The notes under the pieces: generated by a model
What the model was told of the DNA's origin: nothing
Databases searched by the model: none
Seen by the model: only the letters and a program-made list of their open reading frames with translations
Virus record (IMG/VR): IMGVR_UViG_3300037087_000760
Coordinates: 146,984 to 210,983 of that record
Strand: one strand, 5' to 3'
Length of the DNA: 64,000 nt
Part shown: positions 39,504 to 51,960 of the stretch, one piece after another
Numbering within the stretch: the first letter of the stretch is position 1
Layout: each line of letters begins with the position of its first letter
Position numbers and translations under genes: made by a program

Positions 39504-41060
39504 GTGATGAAGTTAGACAAAGAAACATATGAGAAAATCATTCATTCCAAAGAGTTTAAGGATTGGTTTGGTGATTGGGAACATCCGAATAAAAAGACCA
39601 GTAAAATAGTGGATAAAAATGGTAAACCATTGGTAGTTTATCATGGAAGCCCTTATAAATTCACAGAATTCAAATATGGTATGAATGATACTTCTGGTCA
39701 GATGGGTGCTGAATATGCTTTTTGGTTTTCAAACCTGAATGTTGCAACACATTATTCACAATGTTATCCAAGATCGTATTACAATGAAAGGAATGAGGTT
39801 AACGAGAAATATAACGAGAAAATAGAAAAAGACAAGATTGAATTTTTAAAGACGGTAGATATGTCGGTATGGGATGGAATGTTATCTTTCATAGAAAAGG
39901 AGTATGGTAAGTCTACTGGTTATTATAATTTAAGTAGTTGGGTGAAATCAGATAATTGGAAAGAAGTATCAAAGACATTGATGGATTTATTGTTTTGGAT
40001 AGGTAAGAAGAACATAGATGAAATCAGTCCAAAACTAAGTGAATTTGTACACTTGGATAAAAAATACGATATTGAATTGAATAAGGAATTGGAAGAAATT
40101 CAAAGTAAATACGACAATCAAGAGGGTTACATATATCCATGCTTTATAAAAGCGACAATTATTGAGGAAGAAGATGGGGAGAATGTAGGTGTGGGTTTAA
40201 ATCGAGTTCCAGATAGTAGTATTCATTGTAAAATAATCAGGAATGCGGACACTGGAGCACAGTTCGCTGATGAATATGTGGTAACAAATCCTAAACGAAT
40301 AAAAATAGCAACTGGTGAAAACACAACTTTCAATGGAAAGAGTAAAAATATTTATGAAAATCATCATAGAATGATAATCAATTTTGGAGAATTTGAATTT
40401 GTATTATTAGAGAAGAATAATGAATCGATAGATGGTCAGACTATGTATAACAAGTTAATAAAAAGGTTTCCTGAAATTAACATTGACAGACCAGAAGGTA
40501 TAAGTGGTGAATCCATAACGATATGGGGTATTTATAAAGGTCATGATAAATATGAAGATATTTACAAGTGGTATGAAGATTTAGATGATAAAGAGTTTAT
40601 TGACAAGTTATTGAAATACATAAACAAATTTGGTTGGTATTCAAGGGCATCAATGACAAGGATTAAGAACACACATACATTAAGTATTTCTCCGAAGTGG
40701 AGTAAGGGGTATGTATTAATTCCAGATACATTATATCATGCTTGTCCAATGTCCAGATTAAATGATATTTTGAAACATGGTTTAAAATCCAAGTCGGAAG
40801 ATATTCGACACAAGTACCCACCGAGAATCTATATGTCTACGAACAAAGAGGTTTTATATTCATTAATAAAGGAATTAAAAGTATGGAAGCAGATAGATAA
40901 AACAGATAAAGAACCATATGCGATTGTGGGTATAAATACAGATGATTTGAATTTAGGTATATTATATAAAGACCAAATGAGTTTATTTACAGGTAATTGT
41001 TACATACAAGGAAAGAGCATACCAGCTAAATACTTATGGGTAGTTGATAAAAATATATAA
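39504..41060 (+). CDS. Multidomain protein: ART-PolyVal-like N-terminus plus Tpt1/ART-like C-terminus
   Basis: FKDWFGDW..DKNGKPLVVYHGS..IKIATGENTTF; LYHA..ILKHGL..RIYMS..IPAKYL. Confidence 0.7.
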   Translation: MMKLDKETYEKIIHSKEFKDWFGDWEHPNKKTSKIVDKNGKPLVVYHGSPYKFTEFKYGMNDTSGQMGAEYAFWFSNLNVATHYSQCYPRSYYNERNEVNEKYNEKIEKDKIEFLKTVDMSVWDGMLSFIEKEYGKSTGYYNLSSWVKSDNWKEVSKTLMDLLFWIGKKNIDEISPKLSEFVHLDKKYDIELNKELEEIQSKYDNQEGYIYPCFIKATIIEEEDGENVGVGLNRVPDSSIHCKIIRNADTGAQFADEYVVTNPKRIKIATGENTTFNGKSKNIYENHHRMIINFGEFEFVLLEKNNESIDGQTMYNKLIKRFPEINIDRPEGISGESITIWGIYKGHDKYEDIYKWYEDLDDKEFIDKLLKYINKFGWYSRASMTRIKNTHTLSISPKWSKGYVLIPDTLYHACPMSRLNDILKHGLKSKSEDIRHKYPPRIYMSTNKEVLYSLIKELKVWKQIDKTDKEPYAIVGINTDDLNLGILYKDQMSLFTGNCYIQGKSIPAKYLWVVDKNI

Positions 41061-42256
41061 TACAACTTTCAATGGAAAGAGAAAAAATATTTATGAAAAA
41101 TCATATGATAACAAAATTTAAAATGTTTGAATATCACGAAGAAAATATAAATAAAATATTGGATAAAATAAACAAACACGGTAAAGATTCTTTAACGGAT
41201 TTTGAAAAAGAAATACTTCAGAATCAGGGTGATATAAAGATACAAAAATATTATGAAAAAGGACATTTTGAATTTGATTATGACTCTACAAAAAATGAGG
41301 ATAAAAAAATAATTGTCAATGGAACTTTAAAATATAAAGGAAAAGAATATCATGGTTGTTTCACCTATCCCCAAGAAATAGAACATGAATCGTCAATAGA
41401 TGATAAATTTTATAGTGCATCTTATGGATTCTGGAAATTCTTTGATGAAAGAAATCTTGAATTTGAACCAGATGATGATGATTTTTATGATTTAGATGAT
41501 TTGATGCAGGAAGTAGAAGCCAACTTTGTAAATTAATATATACATTCATGATAAAGGATTTTTTAACATATATAAAGGAAAATCAGGGATCACCCGTAGA
41601 TGGTCGTTACGGATTCTATATGTTTTTACACACATTAGATGAAATGAAATTTTCATTTATTAAATCTGGAAATTATTTGAATACTGGAAACTTCCTTTAT
41701 TTTTTTAGAACCGAGTGGATAAAAAAACCAATAGATGTATTAGATGGATTTGAATTTAAAGATTCTGTTAAGAATACATTCAGAACATATGGTAAAATCA
41801 GTAATGAGAAATTATCTTTTTATTTCGGTATCAGGAATGGTATTTTAGAATATGGTTTTTATAATGATCTAAAAGATGTTATTTATAAAACTGGACAATT
41901 AAATATAAAAGACAATGAATTGAGACAAATAAAATCATATAGTTGTTTAGCTATGATAAGTGGGGTACTGAGAATAGCATCCACTAAAACATTAACTTTA
42001 TTACATGAAATCAAAAAAGATCTAAAATATTTCTTTGAAGATAAGACCAGTAAAGGAATAATCATCTTAACAACTATGAGACTCAGAAAAGTCATTTCAA
42101 AAGAATTATTAAAAGATAATATGAAAAATTCCGATGATCTAACTAATACTTTTGTTGAATGGTGTAATAAATATCCTTGGGGTAAAAAGATAGAAGCATA
42201 CATTGATGATTCCGAGGATGATGTTTCTTTCTACATAAAAATAAAATCCAAGAATA

Positions 42257-42841
42257 GTGATAAACCTGTTGTCTTATAATAGTTTCATTAATGAATCTAA
42301 AATATATGAACATCCATTATTTCATGGTTCTGGCCGTAAATTTGATATCTTTGACTTTAATAGATTGGGTCAAGATGGTCATTTATTAAGTTTTCTTGGG
42401 ATTCATTTTACTGAAAATGATACTGTTGCTGAAAGATTTACAAATCCACCTGATTATATTATCTACGAAATAGAATTGAAATATAACAAATTCTTGAAAA
42501 TAAAAGAGGGTAATTTAGTCAAAGAAATGTTGAAGTTTGGACTTGAAAAAAAGATAATCGATTTATCAATTTTTCCATCAAAAAACATATTTGATTTACC
42601 ATATTTTGGAACAAAGAATTGTTTAATGAATCAATTATTTAATTTAACAGATGGAAAAGCAAAAGAAATTTCATTGGAATATAAAAACCACCTAATGAAT
42701 CAAGGATATGATTGTATTAAGTATATAAATGAAATAGAATCACCAGACATTAAAAGATTTGATTGGATTATCTTTAAATCAGAACAAATAAAAGTATTAA
42801 AAGTGTGGGATTTAAAACCAAGATTGGAAATAAAATGGTAA
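42257..42841 (+). CDS. Tagged ART-like protein
   Basis: LFHGS..FLGIHFT..GYDCIKYINEIE..WIIF..QIK. Confidence 0.65.
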   Translation: MINLLSYNSFINESKIYEHPLFHGSGRKFDIFDFNRLGQDGHLLSFLGIHFTENDTVAERFTNPPDYIIYEIELKYNKFLKIKEGNLVKEMLKFGLEKKIIDLSIFPSKNIFDLPYFGTKNCLMNQLFNLTDGKAKEISLEYKNHLMNQGYDCIKYINEIESPDIKRFDWIIFKSEQIKVLKVWDLKPRLEIKW

Positions 42842-43425
42842 CGAAATTTTACATATTTGAAAAAAAAAACAATATAGTTGGTCCATTATATCATGGAAGT
42901 GGAATAGTATTCGATAAATTTTCAAATGAAAAATTAGGAAGTAGCCGAAATGTTGTACATTTAATGGATTTTCTTGGAATTCACTTCACCCCCGATAAAA
43001 AAATGGCCGAAAGATTATTCTCAAAACCACCCAATTATGTTGTTTATGAAGTTGAAATCAAGGTTAACAAGATTTTAAAAAAGAGAGAAAGTCAATTAGT
43101 GAGGGATATGCTGAAATGGGGAGGTGAAAATGACTATGTTGACAAGGAATTCATTGAAAAGAATTACTTATTATATAGAACATATAGTAATATAACACCA
43201 TTCGATAGAGAAAATAAAATAATTTCATTGAATCATTTTCTATTAGAAGATAACACATTTGATAAAAAGAAATTAACACTTGATTACAAACAATATTTAA
43301 TTGAACAGGGTTATGATTCCATACATTATTTGAATGAAATAGAATGGTCATCAGATGAAAGATGGGATTGGATAGTTTTTAATGATAACCAGATAAAAAT
43401 AATTAATATATACAAGGGTAAATAA
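42835..43425 (+). CDS. Tagged ART-like protein, tandem paralog of 42257
   Basis: LYHGS..FLGIHFT..GYDSIHYLNEIE..WIVF..QIK. Confidence 0.65.
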   Translation: MVTKFYIFEKKNNIVGPLYHGSGIVFDKFSNEKLGSSRNVVHLMDFLGIHFTPDKKMAERLFSKPPNYVVYEVEIKVNKILKKRESQLVRDMLKWGGENDYVDKEFIEKNYLLYRTYSNITPFDRENKIISLNHFLLEDNTFDKKKLTLDYKQYLIEQGYDSIHYLNEIEWSSDERWDWIVFNDNQIKIINIYKGK

Positions 43426-45235
43426 AAAATAAAATCAATATATGAAACACATTAAAGAATTTGAATTGAATGAAAATGCAACTCCAGTTGATTCTTTCAG
43501 AAAAGAAATTATGGATGCATATATTTGGATAAGAAAAAACAATAGTACCATTCCAGATGAAGTTTTAGATTTCATGAAAGACGCTGCCATTGAAAAATTA
43601 GATTCTAAAACTAAAGAAAGTATACTTTTGCTTAAATTTAGAACAGAAGATATTTATCATAATAAACACACTTTGGCTGTTAATCAGAGGTCAGATGATT
43701 CAATTGGATATTCATTTTTCTCTGGATGGCAAAGTTCTGGTATGGGTAATGCTTTGAGTAATATGATGATGAAGAAATCTTTACCATCAAGTGTAAAAGG
43801 TTTCTCCAATATAAAACAATTACAAAGTGAAATTCAAAGTTGTATCGATTCTGGTGTTGGTGAGAAGGTAATGAAAGTTGAAGAAATAAATAAGATAAGG
43901 AAATAAATGAAGAATATCCTGACATACAATGAATTTATAAATGAAGATTATCGTGATGTTGTTGGTTGTGGTAGTGGGGGTATACACGCGGATGACCGTC
44001 AACAACCTATTATAGCAAGTGGTAAATATAGTAGTGGAAGTATTACCAGTATTAGTAGTATCGGTGATTGGAACGGAGATAAAAAGGTATTAGGAACAGA
44101 AGAAATAAAGGATGTTAAGAGTGATTATTTTAATCAAAGAAGAAGGAGAAAAAAGAAAGAAACACCAATAGAAGAAGAAAAGAAAAAGAGAATGAGAAGA
44201 AAAGTATATAAAAATTTATTAGCTCTTGATAAAGCGGTAGAAGAAGATAAAGATAATAATATAACAACAAAATTTGCTGATTTTAAAGAGGATAAAATAA
44301 AGAAATTCGACAAGACCAAGGAATTTGATCCCTTATCCGATGATATCATGGTATTTCAAGAACTCGAAGATGGTGAAATTGAAAAAGTTAAAGAACCAGT
44401 AAAAATTTTACAAGTCACTGGAATCATAACTGATCCAGAAAAGATTAAGAAACTTGAATCTGTTAGTGGTGGACCTGTTTTTTCTACCGAATTAAAAGTA
44501 AAATCTGTTAAAAGAGGTGATATAATATGGTTAACAGCCTTATTGGAAAGACCACATGCAACTACATCTTGGAATGCTCAAACAATGGGTGTAATCAAAG
44601 CAAGAGTTGTTGATTACTATTACGGTTTAAATAAATTGAAATATGTATGATTATAAGATTCAAAAAATTTAATGAAAAATTAGATCTTGTTAAAGATGTT
44701 GACAAATTGTTGGAAATATCCAAATGCAAAGCTTTTTATATCATTTTCAATAATAAAACAAAACAAGAAATTAGTATTCCATTAGATTATTGTAGTGGTG
44801 AATATGCCGCACTTCTTAAAGGTTATTCTGTTAAACCATATAAAAAAAGTAATTTGATTCCAATTACTGAAAAGAATGCACTCATGTTAATAGTAGATTG
44901 GGATTATTCATATGAAATAAAATCAGATCTTGCTGATGAAAAACGTAAAATTCTTATTATTCAATACGATTTACCAGATAAATTACCAGAAATGAAAGAG
45001 AATTTATTAAATGAATCTGATACTCAGACATATAGGAAACTCCAATTCATAAGAGAACAAATCAGAAATATAACAAAAACTATTCGTGAAGTTGATTGGA
45101 AAAAAACTACTGACGGTGAGAAAAGTGATATATCTGATTCTTTGGAAAATTTAGTTTCTTTGGTAAAAAATAAAGCCAAATAATTTTTTTATGTTAGAGA
45201 AATATAGTATTTTTGTAGTTCAAATCCCTACCAAC

Positions 45236-47170
45236 ATGGAAAAGTCAGATAGAATCGTGAGTGATTACCCTACATTTCTCAAAGAAGAAGCCCAAAATCA
45301 AGAAGTCGGAATAGGTACTCGATTCTATCATCAGAATGGATGGTGGGTTGTAAAGAGTAAAGGAATTCCTGACCATTGGGGATGTGTAAGCGAAAAGACT
45401 AATGCATTCGTGACCTTTTCTACTCAAGAAATTCTTGATTCTGAAAATCCAGTTGATGACAATCAGGGTAAAGATATAAAATTATTCTATACCGTAGAAA
45501 CAAAGAGGATTGAGATTCCTGTTGGTAGTGATACACACAAAAGTAGTGACGATAAGAAAAAAACATTTGAAAAAATATTCAGAAGAATAGCGAAAGTATC
45601 CAAGTTTATTAAAGTCCCCGAACCCACACTTACTCTTATTGAAAAGAAAAAATATTTCGCCTGTTGTCATCCAAGTGAAAGAGGATTATCATACGACAGG
45701 AAAACCGTTTCAAAGAAAGAAAAACCAGAAGAAACAGATAGGGTGGTGATTGTTTATACAGATATAAACGAAGCCACCGATAGATGTAATTTTCTCAATA
45801 AAGATTCTATTGAAAAACAAAAAAAGTCAAAATTGGGAATGGAAGTTTGGAATGATGATGAAGATAATAAATTGTTTGAACCTTGGAGAGTAGTATCCAA
45901 AGAAGTTGAAGTATATGACCTGAAAATGGCTACCGTCCTTAAACCTGAGGATGAATGGTTAATTTTGGGTACTATTGATCACAAAGACGGACTTTTGAAA
46001 AATGCTCCGGGTCAACAAGTTCCAATTAGTTTAGTTCCTGACCAGATGATAGGTCATTCATATTGTGATCATTGTAAAAGAACCATATACAGAAACAAGA
46101 CTGTTTTTGTTCAGAAAATAAAGACAGGTGAGATCCTCAGGGTTGGGGGTTCATGTATTCGTAACTATTTGGGATATGATTATGAAAAGGTATTATCCTA
46201 TTTAACCGATATTTCATTCCTTGATGAAAGTTACGGTGATTTCGATGGTGGTGGTGATGATTGGGATGAAGGATTTAGTGGTGGTTGGGGTCCAAAATTT
46301 GATGTGGAGATCTCAACTAATGAGGTAATCAAGTATTTCTATTGGTTCTACAAAAAGAATGGATATATGTCCAAAGCAACAGCTGAGAAGATTAATCAAA
46401 AAAGAGACCAAGATTATCTCGCTGACCCTGATCATCCAAAAGAAGAATATTATAATAAAAAAGAAGTTAAATCAACATCAGGTAGAGTACAAGATGATGT
46501 TGATTACGCTCATAACCCCCCTGACAGAAGAAATTATCATGGTAAAAGTTCATCAGAATATCAAGAAGATTTTAATAGATGGTCTGATTTTGTCACAATA
46601 TACAATGAGAGATTAGAAACCACATCCGATGAAGAATTACAATGGGTTATTGATTTCATTCACGCCAATCGTGATAATAACTTCATCTTTAACGCCAGTA
46701 ACATGATTAAGGCCGGTGCCGTTCAGAAACATCTCCTGTATTACATTACAGGTGCTTGTTCTTGGTACTTCGGTAAACTCTCTCAGGAAGATAGGAAAAG
46801 AAGAGAAGCTGAAGAAGCTCTCTCTGGTGGTAAGAAAGAATCAGAATATGTTGGTACAGTTGGAGAAAAATCAAGACTTGAAAATCTTGAAGTGGTTCAT
46901 ATCAGTGGATACCAAACAGAATGGAATTGGTCAAATGTATATAAATTAAAAGACCAGATAGGAAATATTTATACTAAGTTTGGTACTATTGGTTCTCAGT
47001 TCATTGTAAAACCTACTGAACAAGGTAGACAAAAAGACGAACAGGGGAATCTCATTATTAATGATATTTTAGTAGGTGATGTGGTATCAGCTACAGCTGA
47101 AATTAAGAGACATGAGGAATATCAGGGAAAGAAACAAACCACTCTGGGTCGTTTTTCAAAACTTAAATAA
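45236..47170 (+). CDS. Large hypothetical protein with Zn-binding motif and C-terminal OB-like fold
   Basis: CDHC...VGGSC; YVGTVGEK..IKRHEEYQGKKQT; start moved downstream of the promoter at 45208. Confidence 0.55.
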   Translation: MEKSDRIVSDYPTFLKEEAQNQEVGIGTRFYHQNGWWVVKSKGIPDHWGCVSEKTNAFVTFSTQEILDSENPVDDNQGKDIKLFYTVETKRIEIPVGSDTHKSSDDKKKTFEKIFRRIAKVSKFIKVPEPTLTLIEKKKYFACCHPSERGLSYDRKTVSKKEKPEETDRVVIVYTDINEATDRCNFLNKDSIEKQKKSKLGMEVWNDDEDNKLFEPWRVVSKEVEVYDLKMATVLKPEDEWLILGTIDHKDGLLKNAPGQQVPISLVPDQMIGHSYCDHCKRTIYRNKTVFVQKIKTGEILRVGGSCIRNYLGYDYEKVLSYLTDISFLDESYGDFDGGGDDWDEGFSGGWGPKFDVEISTNEVIKYFYWFYKKNGYMSKATAEKINQKRDQDYLADPDHPKEEYYNKKEVKSTSGRVQDDVDYAHNPPDRRNYHGKSSSEYQEDFNRWSDFVTIYNERLETTSDEELQWVIDFIHANRDNNFIFNASNMIKAGAVQKHLLYYITGACSWYFGKLSQEDRKRREAEEALSGGKKESEYVGTVGEKSRLENLEVVHISGYQTEWNWSNVYKLKDQIGNIYTKFGTIGSQFIVKPTEQGRQKDEQGNLIINDILVGDVVSATAEIKRHEEYQGKKQTTLGRFSKLK

Positions 47171-47174
47171 TCAA

Positions 47175-47588
47175 TTAAACTTCATCTATAATTCTATCTG
47201 GTGGTATGTTTCTTTCTACATAAACAGCTTTACCATCTTCACCTTTTGAAAATTGAGAACTCCATTCACTCATATCACTTGCTTCTTCATCCTTAATTAA
47301 ATCATAACCTGATAAATCGACTTTCCATATTGTCATCTCTTGTGGATTATATCCATCTTCTTCATTGAATTCTTTAAACCATTCAGCATATTTCAAATCC
47401 AACCAAAAATAATTTCTTATTGGTGACATTTCTTTTTTACCAAGTCTGGAATATCTTTCTTTTGGTATCTTTTTAATACCCTCTTTTAAAATTTTGGAAT
47501 CTAATTTCGATGGAGCTACATGATAACCAACGATTATCTTCTCAGAATTCTCATTTATACTTAAATAATCATCAAAGTTCAGAATCAT
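47175..47588 (-). CDS. Tagged ART/Tpt1-like protein
   Basis: GYHVA..ILKEGI..NYFW..NIPPDRI. Confidence 0.55.
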   Translation of the reverse strand: MILNFDDYLSINENSEKIIVGYHVAPSKLDSKILKEGIKKIPKERYSRLGKKEMSPIRNYFWLDLKYAEWFKEFNEEDGYNPQEMTIWKVDLSGYDLIKDEEASDMSEWSSQFSKGEDGKAVYVERNIPPDRIIDEV

Positions 47589-48211
47589 CGTCACCATCAC
47601 TCGTTTGGAAAAAAGTATTTAAATCTTCAATATGAACTTTCTTTCTACCAGATGATACGGGTTTTCCCTCTTCTTCTGGTTCTTCTGGAATTAAATCTTC
47701 ATCATCTGGATCTGGTTTATTCCAAACATCATCTTCTTCTTCCTGTTCATGTTCTGTATTTTCATCATCAGATAATTCCTTTGGTTTAAATTCTATTTTG
47801 TAAATAAGTTCTCCACCGACTTTAGAATGACCTGATGAATCTTTACTTTTTTCTTTTTCTCTTTCGGTAGCTTCAATTGCCTGAACAAATATTAGAGTAA
47901 CATCGAATTTTCTTTTCTTTGATGGACCTTCTCCCAATTCCAGTTCAAGATGTTGTTGAGGATCAACATAATTAAAATCTTCGGGATTAACTTTAAATCT
48001 TATCATATCACCATCAAAAGTTTTCTTTAAAGCATGATCAAAATTACCATCTACTATGGTCTTTGCACTTTTGGTCACTTCTTCTGGTAATTCGGCTATA
48101 GTTGTTTTTTTATTTTCTTTAATGAAGGAATCAAAATTCATAATGAACTTGTTCATGACTAATTGGTTTTTCTTTTTATATATTAAAATAAAAAAATCAA
48201 TTTTCAACCTG

Positions 48212-48664
48212 TCAAATATAATTTACTTGAACTCCACTTTCTTCAAAAAGAACCTGAGTTATTTTGAAATCTTCACCCCATCTTTCATCTTCGAAATTAG
48301 GCTTACTACAAAAGATAGTTGAAACACCAGATTGAATAATTGCTCTTGCACAATCGCAACAAGGATACCATTCAATATACATAACAGAACCTCGTAGTTT
48401 TATTCCATTACGAGCCGCATTATAAATAGAGTTCCTTTCAGCGTGTTCGGTGTACTTATATTTTACCGATCTTTCGTATCTTTCGTTAATTGAATCATCA
48501 ACACCACGAGGAAATCCATTATATCCGATTGACAGAATTGCATTACTCTCAGGATCTATAATGACAGCCGATGTCTGTGTCGATTTATCCTTACTCCATT
48601 TTTTTATAAAAGAGGCGAGATCTAAAAATTTTTTATCCCAATTTTCTAAGACATTATTTAGCAT
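48212..48664 (-). CDS. dCMP deaminase
   Basis: GYNGFPRG, HAERN, PCCDCARAIIQSG. Confidence 0.95.
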   Translation of the reverse strand: MLNNVLENWDKKFLDLASFIKKWSKDKSTQTSAVIIDPESNAILSIGYNGFPRGVDDSINERYERSVKYKYTEHAERNSIYNAARNGIKLRGSVMYIEWYPCCDCARAIIQSGVSTIFCSKPNFEDERWGEDFKITQVLFEESGVQVNYI

Positions 48665-49854
48665 TATCTAATTATTATTTTATTTCACCGTATGGTGCAA
48701 GAAGAAATCAAAAGTATCATCATCATAATAATACAATGTAAATACAGCGGTATATTGACGATTCATGTTGAAATCACTCAATTCCAGACCAGATACATCA
48801 CTAACATTAATAGTATTTTTGAAAAAGACAGTTTCAAGGAATATAATTTCCTCTGGGGTTAATCCTCTTTTAAATAAATAATTGAAATTTACATGAAATC
48901 CCTGCCTTGTGTCTATGACTTTGAACTTGGATTTAAAATCCAAACCGTGCTTTAATTCTTTATCTTTTTTGTTTTCATCGAGTATATCTTCTAATATATC
49001 CATAATTGTGTTTTCCCTTCAATTATTATAGAAAAAGAAAGGGAATAAGTTTAAGATTTTATTAAAAAATTACCTGTCTGCCACCTACCGTCTGAACATA
49101 TTTCATTGAGTTGTTCGAGGCTTAGATTATTGGGGTCCCACCCTTTCTTTTTAGCATATTCTCGTTTAAAGACTTCTCTTAATTCTTCTATCTCTTTTTC
49201 CGATAAAGCGGAATCTTTAATTATTTCATATTCTTCTTCCATTTTATTTGTGTTTATTTTTAGGAACAGATTTAGTAAATACATTATATTTTTCGCAAAA
49301 TAAATATTCTAATCTACTACCCATATCCATTACCCCTAATAAATTTTCTTCATTCCCACCTATCATAGATTCATCATAATCTACGAAATCTTTTTTACAA
49401 GTTTCAATATCTTCAATCATGTTTTTCAAAAATTGGGATTGGTCCATATTAGCCGTTTCTATCAAATAAATAAATTCGTTAGTTTTTTTAATTGATTCTT
49501 CTTTCGTTATCATATTGTTATTTTATTTTTTAATGTTTCAGTACATTCTTGACTCATTTTATCTGTGAATTTCATATTATCAATACTTTTTATTTGTATA
49601 TATTAATTATTCAACATGAATACGAGTGTTTTCATTTTTTTAATTTTTCTGATTTGTTCAAAATATATGTCCAATTAATTAAATTTGAATCCCCGATCAT
49701 ATTCTGAATTTCTTCATTTGTGAATCTAATATATTCCTCAGTTGTCAGGTGTTTCATTATGAATCGGAGGAGCATCAGATAATATTCCTTCTGATTTTAA
49801 TTTTTCTATTTCTTTTTCCATTTCATCCTTTGTCATAAGATTTTTGATTATTTT

Positions 49855-50340
49855 TTAGTCAATATGTATACGAGAATGTAAATACATCCTTGGTGTCCAT
49901 TCCTCTGTTGAAATGATACTTATTGATTGAGCGATGGTTGTAAGATACAAATTATTTTTAGTTTCTAATTCTTTGTTTATATAGTCAACTAATTTATCAA
50001 CTAATATCCTTTCTAACTGTTGAACGATGGTTGAACTATCCAAAGAAGATTCTTTAATTGCTGTTATTTGAGCACTATCAACCTCAACATCGAAACTTAA
50101 AGTTGGTAATCCTTCTTTCAATATAACATTTTTATCCTTTATATTTAATTGAGATAGAATTTTTAAAGAAACTGGTAATAAGTTTTGAGCAATATCATCC
50201 TCACCAAGTTTTGTTACTATTAAATTTTCAATTTCATGTTTAAGATGAAATTCAGCGTATTCAGCCATAATTTTTCTAACTTTTTCGTCTGTTACTTTTA
50301 GAGCGTCCATAATAGGACTCCATTTTGTGTAAATATCCAT
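49855..50340 (-). CDS. Hypothetical protein resembling the N-terminal arm of gp23-like capsid proteins
   Basis: KWSPIMDAL...MAEYAEFH...LLPVSLKI. Confidence 0.4.
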   Translation of the reverse strand: MDIYTKWSPIMDALKVTDEKVRKIMAEYAEFHLKHEIENLIVTKLGEDDIAQNLLPVSLKILSQLNIKDKNVILKEGLPTLSFDVEVDSAQITAIKESSLDSSTIVQQLERILVDKLVDYINKELETKNNLYLTTIAQSISIISTEEWTPRMYLHSRIHID

Positions 50341-50386
50341 AATTGTTATTTATTATTTTTTTAATTATATATTACCTAATAATGGT

Positions 50387-50569
50387 TCAAATTATTTCGT
50401 TAGTATTTATACCTTTTTCATTCAAATATTTCCTTATAAGATTTTCCACTATCTTCGATTTATTAACTCCATTATCTTCTGATTCTTTATTTAATAAATC
50501 ATACAATTTTGGATTGATTGTAACACACAATCCCTTTCTTTTATCTTCATCTTGTAATTTATGTCTCAT
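50387..50569 (-). CDS. Ribbon-helix-helix DNA-binding protein
   Basis: LCVTINPKLYDLL..NKSKIVENLI. Confidence 0.7.
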   Translation of the reverse strand: MRHKLQDEDKRKGLCVTINPKLYDLLNKESEDNGVNKSKIVENLIRKYLNEKGINTNEII

Positions 50570-50699
50570 AAATAAATTTTGTTTTTAGCTTTATACTAAA
50601 TATTATAAAATTTGTTTTATTTATAAAATAATGTAAAAATAATTCAAAAATAACGACTTTTGACTTTTAAATATTTATATATAAGAATAAACAATCATT

Positions 50700-50864
50700 A
50701 TGAAACAAGAAAATAAAAAAATAAGAACGACATTCACAATCAATCCCGATATTGTGAATATTTTAAATGAACAACATATCAGAAATCATTCTAAACTTAT
50801 TGAATGGTTACTTCTCAACCATTTTAAAGAAGTTGATATGGATGTAAAAAATATAATTTTGTGA
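50700..50864 (+). CDS. Ribbon-helix-helix protein (54 aa, not in ORF track)
   Basis: MKQENKKIRTTFTINPDIVNIL..NHSKLIEWLL. Confidence 0.65.
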   Translation: MKQENKKIRTTFTINPDIVNILNEQHIRNHSKLIEWLLLNHFKEVDMDVKNIIL

Positions 50865-50865
50865 A

Positions 50866-51960
50866 ATGGGAAAAAGTTTAACCCAAGAAGAATTTATTGA
50901 AAGATGTAAATTGGCTCACGGTGATAAATATGATTATTCTAAAACTGTTTATAAAAATAGTTATTCTAAAGTTAAAATAATTTGTAAGAAACATGGAGAG
51001 TTCGAACAATTATCATCAGGACATATAGAAGGTCGTGGATGTTCTAAATGTTCAAATAATAAAAAACTAACAATCGAAGAATTTATTGAAAGATCCATTA
51101 AAGTTCATGGAGATATTTATGATTATTCAAAAGTGAATTATATCAATTTGGATACAAAGGTAAATATATTATGCAAAGAACATGGAGAATTTAAACAAAT
51201 ACCAGAACATCATATGAAAGGTCATGGATGTCCGTTTTGTAGTAAAATGGGTAGAAAAACCACCGAACAATATATAGAAATTGCTAAAAAAGTACATAAT
51301 AATTTTTATGATTATTCTCAAACGATTTTTATCAATAACAAAAAAAAGGTAAAAATAATTTGTCCGAAACACGGAGAATTTTTACAAGATCCCAAACATC
51401 ATTTAAGTGGTTCTGGATGTCCATTTTGTAATATTGTAACAACTGATGATTTTATCAAAAAATCAAAAGATATTCACGGTAATCTTTATGATTATTCAAA
51501 AGTAAATTATATTAGAGCAAACGAGAAGGTAATTATAATATGCCTTAAACATGGTGATTTTAAGCAAGTACCAAATAATCACATACAAGGCCGTGGATGT
51601 CCAAAATGTAAATTGAGTAACGGTGAAAAAACTATAAATAAATTTTTGTCAGATAATGATATTAAATTTGAAATACAGAAAAAATTTAATAAATGTATAT
51701 TTCAAAAATATTTAAAATTTGATTTTTTCCTATTTGACTATAATATTTGTATTGAATATGATGGGGAACAACATTTTACACCAATAGATCATTTCGGTGG
51801 GAAAGATAGATTTGAAATAACAAAGATAACTGACCAAATAAAAACAACATTTTGTGAAAAAAATGGTATATTCTTATTGAGAATAAATTATAAAGAAAAT
51901 ATAGAAGAAAGATTACAATGGCTGATGAATTATTTGAAAACACCAATAAAAAAGAATTAG
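50866..51960 (+). CDS. Homing-endonuclease-like protein: four Zn-binding repeats plus PD-(D/E)xK/Vsr-like domain
   Basis: HG..YDYSK..Y...KV.IIC..HG.F.Q...H..G.GCP.C x4; FDF..IEYDGEQHF. Confidence 0.85.
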   Translation: MGKSLTQEEFIERCKLAHGDKYDYSKTVYKNSYSKVKIICKKHGEFEQLSSGHIEGRGCSKCSNNKKLTIEEFIERSIKVHGDIYDYSKVNYINLDTKVNILCKEHGEFKQIPEHHMKGHGCPFCSKMGRKTTEQYIEIAKKVHNNFYDYSQTIFINNKKKVKIICPKHGEFLQDPKHHLSGSGCPFCNIVTTDDFIKKSKDIHGNLYDYSKVNYIRANEKVIIICLKHGDFKQVPNNHIQGRGCPKCKLSNGEKTINKFLSDNDIKFEIQKKFNKCIFQKYLKFDFFLFDYNICIEYDGEQHFTPIDHFGGKDRFEITKITDQIKTTFCEKNGIFLLRINYKENIEERLQWLMNYLKTPIKKN

